Part shown: positions 50,560 through 64,000 of the stretch, one piece after another
Layout of the letters: every line of letters starts with the position of its first letter
How positions within the stretch are numbered: the stretch's first letter is position 1
Translations under genes and position numbers: made by a program
Assembly (NCBI RefSeq): GCF_009914755.1
Contig: NC_060936.1
DNA length: 64,000 nucleotides
Source: the human T2T-CHM13v2.0 reference genome, Homo sapiens
Reading direction: 5' to 3' (one strand)
Notes under the pieces: model-generated
Told to the model about the DNA's origin: nothing
Databases searched by the model: none
What the model saw: the letters and a program-made list of their open reading frames with translations, nothing else

Positions 50560-53100
50560 AGAGGCTTCCCATCAGCTAATCATAACCAGAGATAGGGTTT
50601 GCCATTTGAAAATATCTAAATTAACTCTGCTAAAATAAAACAAACTACTCTTAAAAGGAGTCCTGAGTTCTATCACCCATGAATGTCTAGTATACAATAC
50701 AAAATTAATGTATAGGAAAGAAATGTGAAAGTTTGACCCATAGTAAAGAACAAACAAAAATAGTCAAGAAATAGCCACCCTAGATGTTGGAATTAGCAAT
50801 CTGGGACTTCAAATAATGTATTATAAATGTAATTTTTAAAACTTAAAGAAAAAAAAATGACCACAATTATTGACCAGGTAGGCACTCTTGATAGGAAAAT
50901 GTAAGTAGATATTATAGAATTTGAAAGTACAATATCAGAAATTAATGTGTCAAGAGATAGAATTAAGAACAGATTTCTTATGGCAAATAAAGCATACATG
51001 AACTTGAATATAGATTATTTGAATTATTCCAAATGAAAAACAGGGAGAAATAAAACATGAAAATTATTAACAACACTGCAGTGAGTTTTACTGCCATATT
51101 AAATGACCATATACATGTATAATGAGTCAAAGATTAAAGAGAAAAGAGACAAATTAATGGTGCACAAAATACTTAATAAAAATTAATGTATGTTGCACAC
51201 CTTTACAAAAACATGGACTTGCAGATAACTAAATTCTGCAAACTATACATGTAATAAATATGAGCAAACTACAATTAAGAACAACGTTGTCAAATAGATT
51301 AAAACTAAAAGTAAAGAGGCAATCTTGGAAGCAAGTCATGGAAAAAAATAACACATTAAGTAAAAGCATGAATTTATATACATTATATTTGATATTTAAT
51401 TTAAAAATAGAGGTCAGCAGACAAGAAAATGCATTAAAGTGATAATTATTCTGTATTCTATAATTAATTTATTAAACAAATAGAAACAAAGACATTTTCA
51501 TATAAAGGAAAATTGAGAAAAATGTATCAATAGCATACCTGCACTCTTAGAAATGATGTTATTAAATGAAACAAAAATGACACCAAATATAAGAAAAGAT
51601 ATGAAAGAAAGGTCAATTAAATGAAAAATTGTGAATATGTGGTTAAAATTTTTAGATGTGTTTTTTCTTTCTTAAAAAAATGTGTGGTATGATACATATT
51701 AAAACATTGTCATCTGAGCTATTTAATGTGTGTGATATAGTTTGGCTCTGTGTCCCCATACAAATCTCATCTCAAATTGTAATCCCCACATGTCGAGGGA
51801 GGGATCTGTAATCACCATGTATCCATGGAGTGAGGTGATTGGATCACAGAGTTGGTTTCCCCCATTCTGTTCTTATGATAGTGAGTGAGTTCTCACAAGA
51901 TCTGAAGGTTTTATGTGTTTCACAGTTCCTCCTTCACATGCTCATACTGTCTCCTGCCACCTTGTGAAGAAGGTGCTTACTTCCCCTTCTGCCATGATTG
52001 TAAGTTTCCTGAGGCCTCCCCAGCCATGCAAAACTGTGAGTCAATTAAACTTCCCTTGTTTATAAATACCTAATCTTGGGTAATATCTTTATAACAGTGT
52101 GAGAATAGACTAAATACAGTGTGTAAGTGTAATATATGTTACAAAAATAATACAAAATATCATGGTGGAATATAGAATTATACTATTTATATGAAGTTAT
52201 AAGAAAAATCTATACAGAGACTCTGATATACTAAGGATCCATACATCAAATCCTAAAACAAAAGAGAAAAAGTTTAAAATTTAATAGAGGACTTTAATTG
52301 TTATACAAAACATGTTGATTAACTAAACATAACACAAAGAGGAAAAAAAAGACAGAAAAGAGGAATAGGAATAGAAATATGGAGTGACTAATTAGTACCT
52401 TAAGTATAAAATTTATAAAGAGTAATTACAAGATATAAAGTAGGATATTTCATAATGATAAACAGTCAACTAATTAGTAAGACATAATAACCATAAATGT
52501 TTAGGCACTTGAATACACAGCTTTAGAATAGGTGCAGTAAAAGTTGACAGAACTCAAAGAAGAAACAGACAAATGCATAAGTACAAATGGAGATGTTAAT
52601 AGCCGTCTTACAGTAATTGTTGGAACAAAGAAATATTTAGAATGTAGAATATTAATAAATACTCTCAATAACCTTGACCTATTTGACAATCATTGAACCC
52701 TATAGACAACAACTTTAAAATATAATTTATTTTCACTTGTACTTGAGTGATAGACTGGATTTATATAGTATTTTAAAATACATTTTAAAGGATTTATATT
52801 TCACCAAATATATATCTTGACCACATTGAAATACAACTTGAAATATATATATATATATATATATCTTTGGAGAGGAAGATAAAAGTACAGAAAAATTAGA
52901 AATATGTCAAACTTAAGTATATGAGAATTTCTAATTAAAAGTGGTAGGAAGCAGCTAAAGCAAGGTTTAGATGAATATTTCTAACTTTCAATGTTTATAT
53001 TGCAAGAAAAAATATTAAAATTATCTAAATTTCCACTTCAAAGAGCTAATTATATATGAAGAAACTAAATCCAAATTAAGAAGAAAATAATTTGAAAAAT
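50560..53100 (+). mobile_element. Old L1M 5' region/ORF1/ORF2 start
   Basis: A-rich sense L1 motifs (agatgttggaattagca, gcaatcttggaagca, ttgacagaactcaaagaagaaacagacaa). Confidence 0.65.
51733..52118 (+). mobile_element. THE1D-like solo LTR
   Basis: tgatatagtttggctctgtgtcccc ... gccatgattgtaagtttcctgaggcctccccagccatg ... taaataca; perfect TSD gtgtg. Confidence 0.93.
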
Positions 53101-53349
53101 ATCAACTTCCATTTGTATAACAGCTTTATTGAGATATAATTTACATACCATACCAGGGAGTTGGGGCCAGTATCCTCTGGTCTTACTGACTTACCTCACT
53201 CAGTGCGGAACCTCTGCCCTAAGACAGGACTGAAGGAAAAGTTAATCAGGCCCCAGTATCCTCTACTTGCTATATCTGGAGTCTCCATCCTATTAATTGG
53301 GGTTAGATGGCAGAAGAAGCCTCCAAAATCTCAGTCTAAAGCTATTATA

Positions 53350-56300
53350 AATATAAATATGTATAAATATTATCATTTATTTAGATTTTTTTATTTCTTT
53401 CATCAAAATTTTGTGTTTTTTTCACATATAGATCCTGTACATATTTTTTCAGATTTATACCTAAATAGTTTTTCTTTTAAATAAATTTTATTGTGGTTAT
53501 TTAAGGTTTACATCATGAGGTTCTGGGATACAAGTGATAGTAAAATGGTTACTATTTTATAGTGAAGCAAATTAACATATCCTTCCTCTCACATAGTTAT
53601 TTTCTTGTGTGACAAGAGCAACTAAAAGGTACTTATTTAACACAAATTCCTAATACAATACAATTTTAGTAGCCATAGTCTTCATTTTATACATTATATC
53701 TCTAGACTTGTTCATCCTACATATTTGTTACTTTAATCCTAATTATTTATTTTATTTTTGAAGCTATGTTAAATTATGTTATTTGCATTCTTTTTTAAAT
53801 TTCAAGTTCCAATTGTTTATTGTTGATGTATTAAAAAAGCAATTAACTTTTGCATATTAACTTTGTATTCTACAACCTTACTATACTCACTTATTTCATA
53901 TGATTTTGTCAATTCTTTGAGATTTTCTGCATAGACAATTATGCCATGTGCTGCTAAAGACAGTTTTATGTTCTCCTTTCCAATCAGTCTACCTTTTATT
54001 TTTATTTCTTGTCTTATTGTACTTGCTGAGACTTCCAATACAACATTAAATAGGTTCAACGAGAAAGGACATCTTTGCCTTGTTCTAATGTCTCATTAGT
54101 AAGTACAAAGTTACATGTCAAGTTTTTCGGTACATGTTTCTTTTCAAGTTGAGAAAGTTTATGTGTTAAGTTTGCTGAGAGTTTTATCATGTATGGGTGC
54201 TGAGTATTGTTGAATTTTTTCTGAATCATTATGATATATGATTTTTATTTTTTAGCCTCTTGATGTATTATATTAAACAGATTCATATTTGGATATTGAA
54301 TAAATAATCCTTTCTTACTTAAGCAAGGCCTGAATGTATAACTTTTGTTAAAACATTGTTAGATTTGATTTGCTAATATTTTGTTGAGGACTTTTGCATC
54401 TATGTTCGTGAGAGATGTATGAGTTTCTTTCTCGCAATGACTTTCTTTTGTTTAAGGGTAATTCTGACCTCATTGAATAAGTTAACAATGATCATTGCTT
54501 CTATTTTCTGAAATAATTTGTGGAGAATTGATACTATTTCTTCATTAAATGTTTGATAGAATTTAAAAACTATCTGGACCTGGTGTTTCCTTTTTATGAA
54601 GATGATTAATAATTGATTCAGTTTACTTTATATATATATAGGCCCACTTATAGTATCTATTTTTCCTTGAATGAGTTTGGTACTACGTGTCTTTCAAGGA
54701 GTTTGTAAGTTTAATCTGTTAGCAAATTTGTAGGTATAGACTTGTTTATATTGAGTATCCTCTTAATATCCTTATATTTAGTAGTGATTACCTGCCCTTC
54801 TTTCATTGTTTATATTGGTAATTTGCATCTTTTCTCTTTTTTTCTCTGTTAGCCTGTTTCGAGATTTGTAAATTTTATTGATCTTTCTAAAGAACCAGCT
54901 TTTATTTTTATTTTCTATATTGTTTTTCTGTTTTCACTTTCACATATATTTATTGAAATATTTATTAGGTTTTTGGTTCTGCTTGCTTTAGACTTACATT
55001 GCTCTTCTTCCAAAATATATTTCTAAATGTTCTTAACTTGAAATAACACTATATGACTTTACACATAGTGTAAATACTTTATGAGAAATTATTTCCTGTC
55101 CTTCCCATCTGTTAACGATATTCCTGCCATTCATATCCTTTATCCATATCCTATGATATCCTACTACATTGTTCTGTGTTTATTTTAATATTGCACAGTT
55201 ACATTACTACCATTTATTTAAACAGTTATTCCTTTATACTAATTAAGATTAAGAAAAATAAATGATTTTATTTTACTTCTATTTATTACATCTCTTTTCT
55301 TTTTGTTGTCTTGAACTTCTGTCCGGTGTTATTTGTCTTCTGCCTAAGAACTTCTTTTAACAGTTTCTGCAAGGAAGGCCTCACAGTGATGAATTCCTGT
55401 GGTTTACGTCTTTCACAGAATGTCTATTTCTCTCTTATTTTTGAAGGATAATTTCTCCTCATATAGAATTTTAGGTTACTGGCTGTTATTGTTCTTTGAA
55501 TACTTAAATTTCTTACTCTATTGTCTTGATGTCCATGTTCTTTAATATGATGGCCATTGTGGTTGTTTTTCTTGCACTTGTACAGGTAAGGTGCTTATAC
55601 TTCTATGACTGCTTTTATGTTTCTTTTTTGTTTATCTTAGGTTTTCTACGTTTTAAATATGATATACTTAGGCTTACTTTTTTGGTCTTGTTGTTGTTTT
55701 TTTTAATTTATGTAATACTTATCCAGCATGATGTTTTCTGAGCTTTTTATAACTCTGGTTTGGTGTCTGCAGTTAATCTGGAAACTTCTCAGACATTAAT
55801 ATTTCAAGTGCTTCTACTTTCTTCTATCTCTCTTTCTGGTATTCCAATTATGTATATTTTGAAACTTTGAAATTATCTCACATTTAGAACATTCTATTAT
55901 CTTTTATTAAATTTCTTTTCTCTTTGCATTTTATTTGGAAAGTTGCTGTTGACCTAATTTCAATATCACTGGCTCTTTGTTCCATTGTGTACTATTTATT
56001 GTTGAGCATAGCACAAAGATTCTTCATTCCTCTTACAGTATTTTTGATTTCTAGATTCCCTTTTCAAATGGTTTTGATAATTATTTTTCTTCTTATAATA
56101 TATATCTGTTTTATGTCGTCTATTTTTCCTTTATAGCCCTTCACATAGTAGTCATAGTTATTTTAAATTTCCCATCTTATAATTCTAGTGTTTGTCTCAT
56201 GTATGAATCTGGTTGTGATGTTTGCTTTGTGTATTCACACCATGTTTTTTCTTGCCTTTGACATGCCTTGCGATGTTTTTTCGAACACCTGATATGATGT

Positions 56301-57120
56301 AATTGATAATGGGAACTGAGATAAAAAAGGCTTTAGTGTGAAGTTTTGTGTTTATTTGGCTAGGAGTTGGGCTAAGTTTAATACTTGCTGTAGCTATAAG
56401 TTCCAGAATCATCAAATGCCTGTGGTTTCCTTTTTTATATCCTCTCTTTATTTTGGACTTCCCTGTCTACTTTTCCTCAGACAGAATCTGCGTCTTTACA
56501 GCACTATTAGGTATAATCCACTGTTTTATTGTAGCTCTGTTGGTGTAGTGTAAGGTGTAGAAAAGAAGCATTCTACAATCTCATGATTACATCTCAAACA
56601 TTTTGTAGGCCTGTATCTCTAGACTATGATCTTCACAGCAGCTTCTTCATTGATATAGCTTGTTTTCTCTTTATGTGAGACAAAAAGGCTGAGGGTTAAG
56701 GGAAATTGTTGTTAGAGAGGGAGGAATACCCTTTCCTAATGGGAAAAAATTCTAGTAAATTATCTTCAGCTAGGAAGTAGTCCTTTGTTCGGAATGATGC
56801 TCTGGATGTATTTCACAACAAATACTGTTACTCTCTCTTCGCTAGAGTTAAGAGGAGATCTCCCTGAGATGCAGAAGACCATGGTGGGGTCCTGGGAACT
56901 AAGATCCACAAAAGCTTGTTCCCTTCTAAGACTGCAGACCCCAAGAGTTTCTCACTCTTGAGCTTGGCCACACTCATCTTTGATAATTAACCAAAATCAA
57001 CATTTATATTCTATGCAGGGCTCAAGAAAAGTTGGTGTTCAGTTTGTTCAAATTTTTCTTGTAAAGATGAGAGCAAGCATTTCTCCTTTCTTCACTTTGT
57101 GTCAGAACTGAAATCAGATA
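53350..57120 (-). mobile_element. Old L1M (ORF2 to ORF1/5' region)
   Basis: ORF 53817-54059 NLFNVVLEVSASTIRQEIKIKGRLIGKENIKLSL is L1 RT; collinear antisense ORF1/5' motifs. Confidence 0.8.
53483..53735 (-). mobile_element. L1MA 3' end nested in the older L1
   Basis: gtgaagcaaattaacatatcc, tctctagacttgttcatcctaca. Confidence 0.8.
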
Positions 57121-57236
57121 CGCACTAATGTTATTTTAAGAAAAAAATGACCAATTTCAAATAATATACACTGATTTAACATGGACTTGTTTATCTAGCC
57201 CCACTCAAACTTCGATCACTCTATTACACACTCAAG

Positions 57237-57673
57237 TGTATTAGTCTATTCTTGCATTGCTATAAAGAAAGACCTGAGACTGGGTAACTTATAAAGAAAA
57301 GAGGTTTAATTGGTTCATGGTTTTGCAGGCAATACAGGAAGCAGTGATGCTGGCATCTGCTCAGCTTTTTGAGAGGCCTCAGAAAACTTACAATTATGGT
57401 GAAAGGCAAAACAGGTGTGAGGTGTCTCACATGGCAAGGGTAGGAGCCAGAGAGAGGATAGAGGAGGAGCTACATACTTTTAAATGACCAGATCTCATGA
57501 GAACTCACTCACCGATGTGAAGACACTACCAAGGGGTCTGGGGTATGCTGCTAAGCCATTCATGAAAAATCCAGCCCCGTGATCCAATCACCTCCCACTA
57601 AGCCCCTCCTCCAACATTGGGAATTGCAAGTTGACCTGAGATTTGAGCAGGGACACACCTCCAAACCATATCA
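57237..57673 (-). mobile_element. MSTA-like solo LTR
   Basis: tgtattagtc...gctataaagaaagacctgagactggg ... ccaaaccatatca; TSD tcaag/tcaaa. Confidence 0.92.
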
Positions 57674-58549
57674 TCAAATATCTTGTGAGAGTTTGATGTG
57701 TTATTTTGTTTTGTTCTAGTTAAATAATTAGAATTTTGTGTTTTTGTCAATGTATCTCTGAAGAGATGGCACATAGGGCACACACTCTATAGGAGCTATA
57801 GGATGATATTCTATGGAATGAGAACACCAGAATAGAAATGACACAAGTCTACTCCCATCCCCCAACATCGCAGAAATTATACAGAATACTCAGATCTCTG
57901 AATTAATATAATGGAAGTTTGAGCTGATTTTTTCTAGGTCTCAAGAGATAGCTAGTTAATTCAGTTGACATAAGACATAAGGTATTATTCATTTATTCTG
58001 GTTCTGCTACTCCAAAAATGTTATGAATTTTTACAAGAATAAATTGAACCTACAGCTCTGGAGATTTAAAGAAAATAATTTGTTATTATCAGATATCAAA
58101 GATTTTATAATTTTGAGAAGGAGAATCTTGGAAACAAACATGAACCAATCAGCAATATAATTTTGAGTTTTAGTTTCTTTTCAAATAAACTTTTTATGAA
58201 AGTAACATATTTATCTGGAAAGGTATTCAAATTTTAAGTATACAGATTGACAGATTTTAACAGTGAATATACCTCTGTAATTAGCATTGATGAATTTTCA
58301 CCAGTTATGCACCCATGTGTAAATAAAAACTAGGTCATAAAACATACTGTTACTAACACCCCAGAAACCCCCTTCACATCATCTCTCATCCACAGCAAAA
58401 TAAATTTCTAGAAAAGCAGTCATAGGGTATATTATAGGATGCCAGTGGAAAGGTTTAATTTACCTTTAAGAGCAACTACTGGAGAAACCACTGTAATTGT
58501 TATTTATGTTTGGAAATGTAGAACAAATCACTTTTTTAGAGTGAACTTT

Positions 58550-58920
58550 TCTTGGCTGCAGTATGCAAGGATATGCTGTAGTAAAAACAAACAAAACTCG
58601 TCAATCTTAGTGGCTCAAAAAATGAAACTTTTGGTTTTCATACAAAGTATACTACAAGCCTGGTGACTCTCCAAGTAAACTATTTTCCATGTTGTTACTC
58701 AGTGGTCCAGATTATGCCAATCTTATTATTCCAACTCAGTAAATGCTAAAGTGGTTGTTCTGGCTAGGGAAGAGACCACTTCAGACTATCACATTGGTTC
58801 CATTTCTTCCCATGACACATTGGCCTTAACCAGTCATATGGCCCTTCTTAAGTAAAGGAAAGCGAAACTGTGATGTACCTGTGTGTCCACAAGGAAAGAA
58901 AAGCTAAGAGTGAGTAGAAG
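58550..58920 (-). mobile_element. Old MLT1 (K/L-type) LTR fragment
   Basis: atatgctgtagtaaaaacaa...aatcttagtggct, cattggccttaaccagtcatatggcc. Confidence 0.6.
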
Positions 58921-59698
58921 CTTCTTTCTTGAGATATTTGAGTTTTTATCTCCAATATGCCACATTATTATTTTCAGCAACAAAAATATTTTTCCTTGCT
59001 TATAGTAGTCAGAGTTGAGATGAATATATTTGCTTTTGAGAATTATTTGTTTTTCTAAATCTTCACTTAGGGTGCTTTACATCATACCTTATTAATTCTT
59101 ATTGCATCTTTGTTTCTCTGTTATCTGTCAAGGAATGGCTTGCAGATAAACTGGACATGTAGATTTAGACTTCATCATAACCTTAAGGAGTATATATGAA
59201 AAGTAACTGTACTAAACTGTTTGACTTACTTTAAATAGCTTAGATGCTGGATGGTTGTGCTCTGGTTTGGGGGAGAAGAGAGCAAAGGGAACCAGCACGT
59301 TTGAAGACATGGGTGTTATGATTTGCCATAAACACAAAGAATAAACTTATTGTAAATCTCCTTCTTAAAAAGTCAGTCTTCTGACAGACGGTACCGTTCA
59401 TCTTGGATTGGAGAAAATATCTTTTTACGAAGCTAGACCTGAATCGGTGGGGTGTTTTTTTTTTTTTTTTTTTTGGTGGGGCGCGGGCATTAAGATTCCT
59501 AAAGTATTCCTATTGGGATGTCTTAAGACCCTTTTCTTCCTTAAACTTGAAAAGGATGCAACTGAAAATTGGCTCATCTACATCAAAATCACTGCAAAGG
59601 AGGAGGCCTAGAGAAACTAACATCCCAATAAAGACTAGCCAACGTTGATCTATATTTAAAAAAAAAAAAAAAACTTTTTCTGATCCCTTAACTAGGTA

Positions 59699-59738
59699 TA
59701 CACACATACAACACGCACACACGCACACACACACACAC
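59699..59738. repeat. (CA)n microsatellite with CG interruptions
   Basis: Directly visible. Confidence 0.85.
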
Positions 59739-60245
59739 GGAGTCAAAAACTTCAAAAATTTGTGTCCGTCTTTGAAAAATCCATAATTTCATAACATTTA
59801 ACATTTTGTCACATTAGCCATAAAGACCGGTGACAGTACTCAGTATATTAAACCTTCACTATTCTACATGCAGTGTCAAAATATAAATGATGTAGGGAAA
59901 TTGTCTAGGTCTATAATTTCCAAAAATAAGAGTTTTGGATTGGGCGTCTCATTAATCAGATGCAATGCCTCAAAAATGACATTGAACCAGTCTGGATACA
60001 TGTTGTCATTTCCTCATTGATTTCTTTACTGATTCCCAGACTCAGTGGATCAGAATCACTTATGAAAATTTCTTTTTAAATAATAAACAAATTTCCAGGT
60101 CCCTCTTTGTAATTCTGTTTTAAAGAGGCCATGTGTACAGAGGCTCTAGATAATGAGAGGCCATTTGAACAGTCCAGCTCCAGCCACGCTTCTACTTCAT
60201 TATTGTCAATGAGAAACCAACTGCCAATACGACTAGTAGGGGACC

Positions 60246-60310
60246 AAAAAAAAAACACCACCACCACCACCAACAACAACAACAAAAAAACAAACAACAA
60301 CAAAAAAAAC
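60246..60310. repeat. A-run/(CAC)n/(CAA)n compound microsatellite within a decayed MLT1 fragment
   Basis: Directly visible; flanks aagaggccatgtg and ttttaagcctctgaatttggag are MLT1-like. Confidence 0.8.
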
Positions 60311-61134
60311 CTTTCTTAGTCCCAGCCAACCAATAAGATTTTGCAAATTAAAAATTTGAAGTTATTTTAAGCCTCTGAATTTGGAGTTTTTTTTGCAACA
60401 ACACCAAATAAGAGAAATACAAAAATAGTTTATCTGCAGCATACCCCCAGGATCTCTAAACATTTCTCTAAGCTCTTTGGATACTCAGTCAAACTTGGAA
60501 ATAGAGAAATTAGATTATCTTTGATGTACTTTTAGTTTCCAGTAGTCTAGGATAATAGTGTGTTCCAGAATCTTACTGTAACTCAAAACTCTCCACATCA
60601 CCTTTTTTCCAATGATCCAGTACTTAAAGATGGTCCTAATGGTACTGGCACAAATTCAAACTCATTACCTGACATGACAATGCTAAATGACAGAAATGCC
60701 ATAAATACCAAGCCTTCTGCCACACCCATTATATGTTCCATTTGGCAGTTATGTGTTCTTAGATATCATGGGAAATTTTGAATATTAGACTGCAATTCAG
60801 AAAATGTATCCTACCATTATATGATTCCCATTTAACACTAATCCATGCTTGAATATTGACTTCATCACTCAAACGTAAACAAAATATTATTGCAAAGTTA
60901 TTTTATCTGTCTATGGTGAATCTAAACTAATGTGGCCAGTGTATGCATGTGCATCAGTCTCAATGTTTCTAGAGACTTACAGCTAGCCCAGGGTTAGGGA
61001 ACTGGGCCAGAACACATCAGCTTATGATCTGGGGAGGAAACACTGGGAAGGAGATGTCCCAATGTGTGTCATGGTTAGACTACTGGCAACAATCAGTGCT
61101 ATGAACAATATTATTTAGGCCAAAGAGAAATCAG

Positions 61135-61165
<31 letters not shown>

Positions 61166-61166
61166 T
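61135..61166. repeat. (TTTA)n repeat
   Basis: About 8 units. Confidence 0.9.
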
Positions 61167-64000
61167 GCACTCCCTTATAGAACTTGACAATATTTTCATC
61201 CTTACTTTTCCACTAAAAATATTTCCATATATTTAGCCAAAGCCTAAAAAGAGGGGAGCTTTCCATGTTTTAAAAGTTTGTACAATAAACTTTGCATCCA
61301 GACCCATTTTCACTATTTAAGCTGCTGGCCAGACTTTTGGCTTCTTGAATGAAGAAACTTATCTTTATACAACAATTCAAGGTGCAGTACTATGTGAGGT
61401 ACTTTTTTTTAATGTGAAAAAAATGTGATAAACTATCTTATAAATTATTTCAGCTATTTGTTGAGTCTTTATGAAAACTGTAAGTAGACCACATGCCCTG
61501 AACTCAGATGCTGTGAAATTGTGAACTATGGGTCTGTTTTCCACCATTCTACAACATGTTCTGCTCTAACTTCTGTTTATAATTAGTTGCTTTGCAAAGA
61601 ACTAAGCAGATGTGTTATAGTTTCTTTGAATTATCAGCATATATTTAAGACAAATTGCATCTTCTGAAGAAATTGTGCCCTCGGGGGAATTATTTGTCTT
61701 GTGCTAACTGACTTTTACTTCAGATGTGGAGTTAATTTTAGGTTTCAAGTGTACAGGCCTGAAATTAATATCTCATAAATTTTTAAACATAAAAGATCAT
61801 CACACTTGGTTCCAACCCTTTGGTTTCTAAGGTAGAATAGATTCTCAGGAATTAATAGCTGAGAGACATATCTATATAAGGATCTGCAGCAATAAGGATT
61901 GATGCAATAAAGTAGAAGAGTTAAGGATAACTGAAATAAAATTTTAAGGTAAATATAAACGGTTCTCTATAATGCATTATAGGCAAATCCTGTAGATTTT
62001 GGTCTTTATATTGAAGAAAAATGTTAAGGACAGACATATATATTACATAAAGAAAACAATTTTCAAGACATAACTTTCAAAGTAATAGTACTTTTTATTT
62101 TTTAGAGGAAGAAAATGTAATTACAGGAAATAAAGAAGTCGTTTGAACTTATCAATTATATTTTGATACATGAGATTGTTTTGTGGATTTCTATGTTTGT
62201 AAATGAGAATATATAAGGTGATCAAATTTTATATTTCTATATTTCAATCATTATAATAAATACATATTACTTAACTCACCAAAAAGGATAAAGAAAGACT
62301 AGTATTTTGAATTTTTACCAAGTATTTATCTATTTTTTATCTGAGGCTAATATAAAATTACTGTGTTTTTCATAGCACAGATTATGGGCAAAGAAAGGAT
62401 AGCCATTTTAAGGTTTAGATTAATATACAGTCTGCAATCTAGAAAATTCTGTTCTCAGAATTGGTTCATTATTTCTTGAGCCTGAATCTATAAATTATTA
62501 TTTGTTTACATTTTTTTCATTTTGTAGATCTACCTTCTGAGCACAAGTTAACCTCTAAATCTATTCAAAGATTACTGGGTTTGTTCATTCATTTTTTTAT
62601 ATCTATACATTCTTCAATTATTATACAGCCTTTTCGCTGAATTATTTGTGCCCTAAGTGTTAGAGAATGTTAGGAATTTTCATTCAAATTGAGATATTTC
62701 CAACATCGAATGATACTAGAAGACATTGAACGTTAAAATTAGCCAAGTAAATTAAATTTTCAAAGATTAGAGAGTTATTTTGCTCCTGCCAAATGTGCAT
62801 GGTGGATAAACATTTGTAATCTTCCTCCAAAAATAGTTTTTAAAATGTTTATACATTTTATCATAGTTTATACTACTATGTAGGCATGGATAGTTATTAA
62901 AAATATTGTTGTTGGCTTAATCATTAAAAAAGTAAAATATACATGTTAATTTATCTTTAATACTTTAAAATAAATACAAAAATGTTTTCTAAGAAACAGA
63001 TTAATATATGTGAAAAAATGGTGTAAAATTTTGTATTTTGTTTTTCTGATAAAATTGGTTTTAACAACTTTATCAAGTTCAAAAGTACATTTAGCAATGA
63101 AAACTACTTATTTTATTATAAAATTAATGCATCTAGAAATTGAAACAAAGTCATAATAAAGCAAAAAACCATAATCCCACAGGCTTAACTCAATGTTGTT
63201 ATAAATTTGTCAGTCATAAACATAATAACTTAATATGAAAAAATTCAGGGGAATGTAGCACTTTTTATTTTTTATTTGAATATATCTCCAATCTATCTAA
63301 GAAATTAATGTTACTCTTTCAGTTATGTTGTTAATTTTTAATCTGTTCTCTACTTTTTTCTTTGTTTAATTGCTTTTAAATCATATAATCTTCTCAATAA
63401 TGCCTTTATTTCTTTCAGTTATCCTAGTCCCCAGAATTGATGTTTTTCCATTTTCATCTTATAAATATCTTATAAATGACTCCTCACCATCAAATAAATA
63501 AAACATCTTTTATTTTACAAATGTACTTAAGAGTTGCTTACTAATAAAGTTGCATACTAGTTTGCTGTAACAGTATTTCATGTTTTACTTTTTCTAAACA
63601 AATTTTCTTCATATATATTATTCACATATAACCATCTATTTTAAAGTAACAGACTAAGCCAAATATTATTGAAGTTGAAGAAAAAATTAATATTCATCAT
63701 TTTAATAAATGAAGATATCATAATAGTGTCATTATACCATGGCTTAAATTTTCTTAGAGCCTTTGCTTTTAAAAACTATTAATAATAAGATTTTCACTTT
63801 TAAAATTTTGCTGCAGATTTTTTTATATATATATTTGGCCTCCTGACTTATGACAAAGATGTTGACCTCCCTTCAAAAAAAATAAGCCATGTTTTATTAA
63901 ATCTCAAAAAGAACACTTGGAATTGTTAGCTCAAGCTTCAAATATTTAAACATTAACAGAATACATTTAAAATATAATCCAATACTAATTTATATTAAAA

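Noticed and set aside
51778-51823. Duplicated tgtaatccccacatgt in the THE1 LTR
   Set aside because: As I recall, this is a normal feature of THE1D-type LTRs rather than locus-specific

Overview
AT-rich, CpG-depleted primate (human-like) DNA that looks like a gene desert or deep intron. I found no credible cellular exon, tRNA/rRNA gene, CpG island or CRISPR array, and nearly all ORF-track entries are chance frames inside repeats. The window is a stack of retroelements: Alu J/S, L1PA/PB/MA/MC/ME, L2/MIR, MaLR LTRs (MST, THE1D, MLT1), a complete MLT2A-type solo LTR and LTR16-like pieces. The centrepiece is a 7.65-kb minus-strand class I (gamma-like) endogenous retrovirus at 36355-44002. It has an 805-bp MER66-like 5' LTR with an internal U3 duplication, a tRNA-His PBS, a ~1.8-kb leader and decayed gag-pro-pol with two intact CCHC knuckles. 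Its env and most of its 3' LTR are deleted, and it is integrated exactly at the internal/3'-LTR junction of an older MLT1 provirus. The most unusual non-catalogue signals are repair or replication scars in the L1 at 9.4-14.5 kb: a 94-bp templated copy of the L1's own 3' end inside a (TA)n tail 2.7 kb away, a perfect 23-bp fold-back insertion, and a duplicated ORF2 segment. I see no evidence for a wholly new biological system. Subfamily names are from recall and need RepeatMasker/Dfam confirmation.
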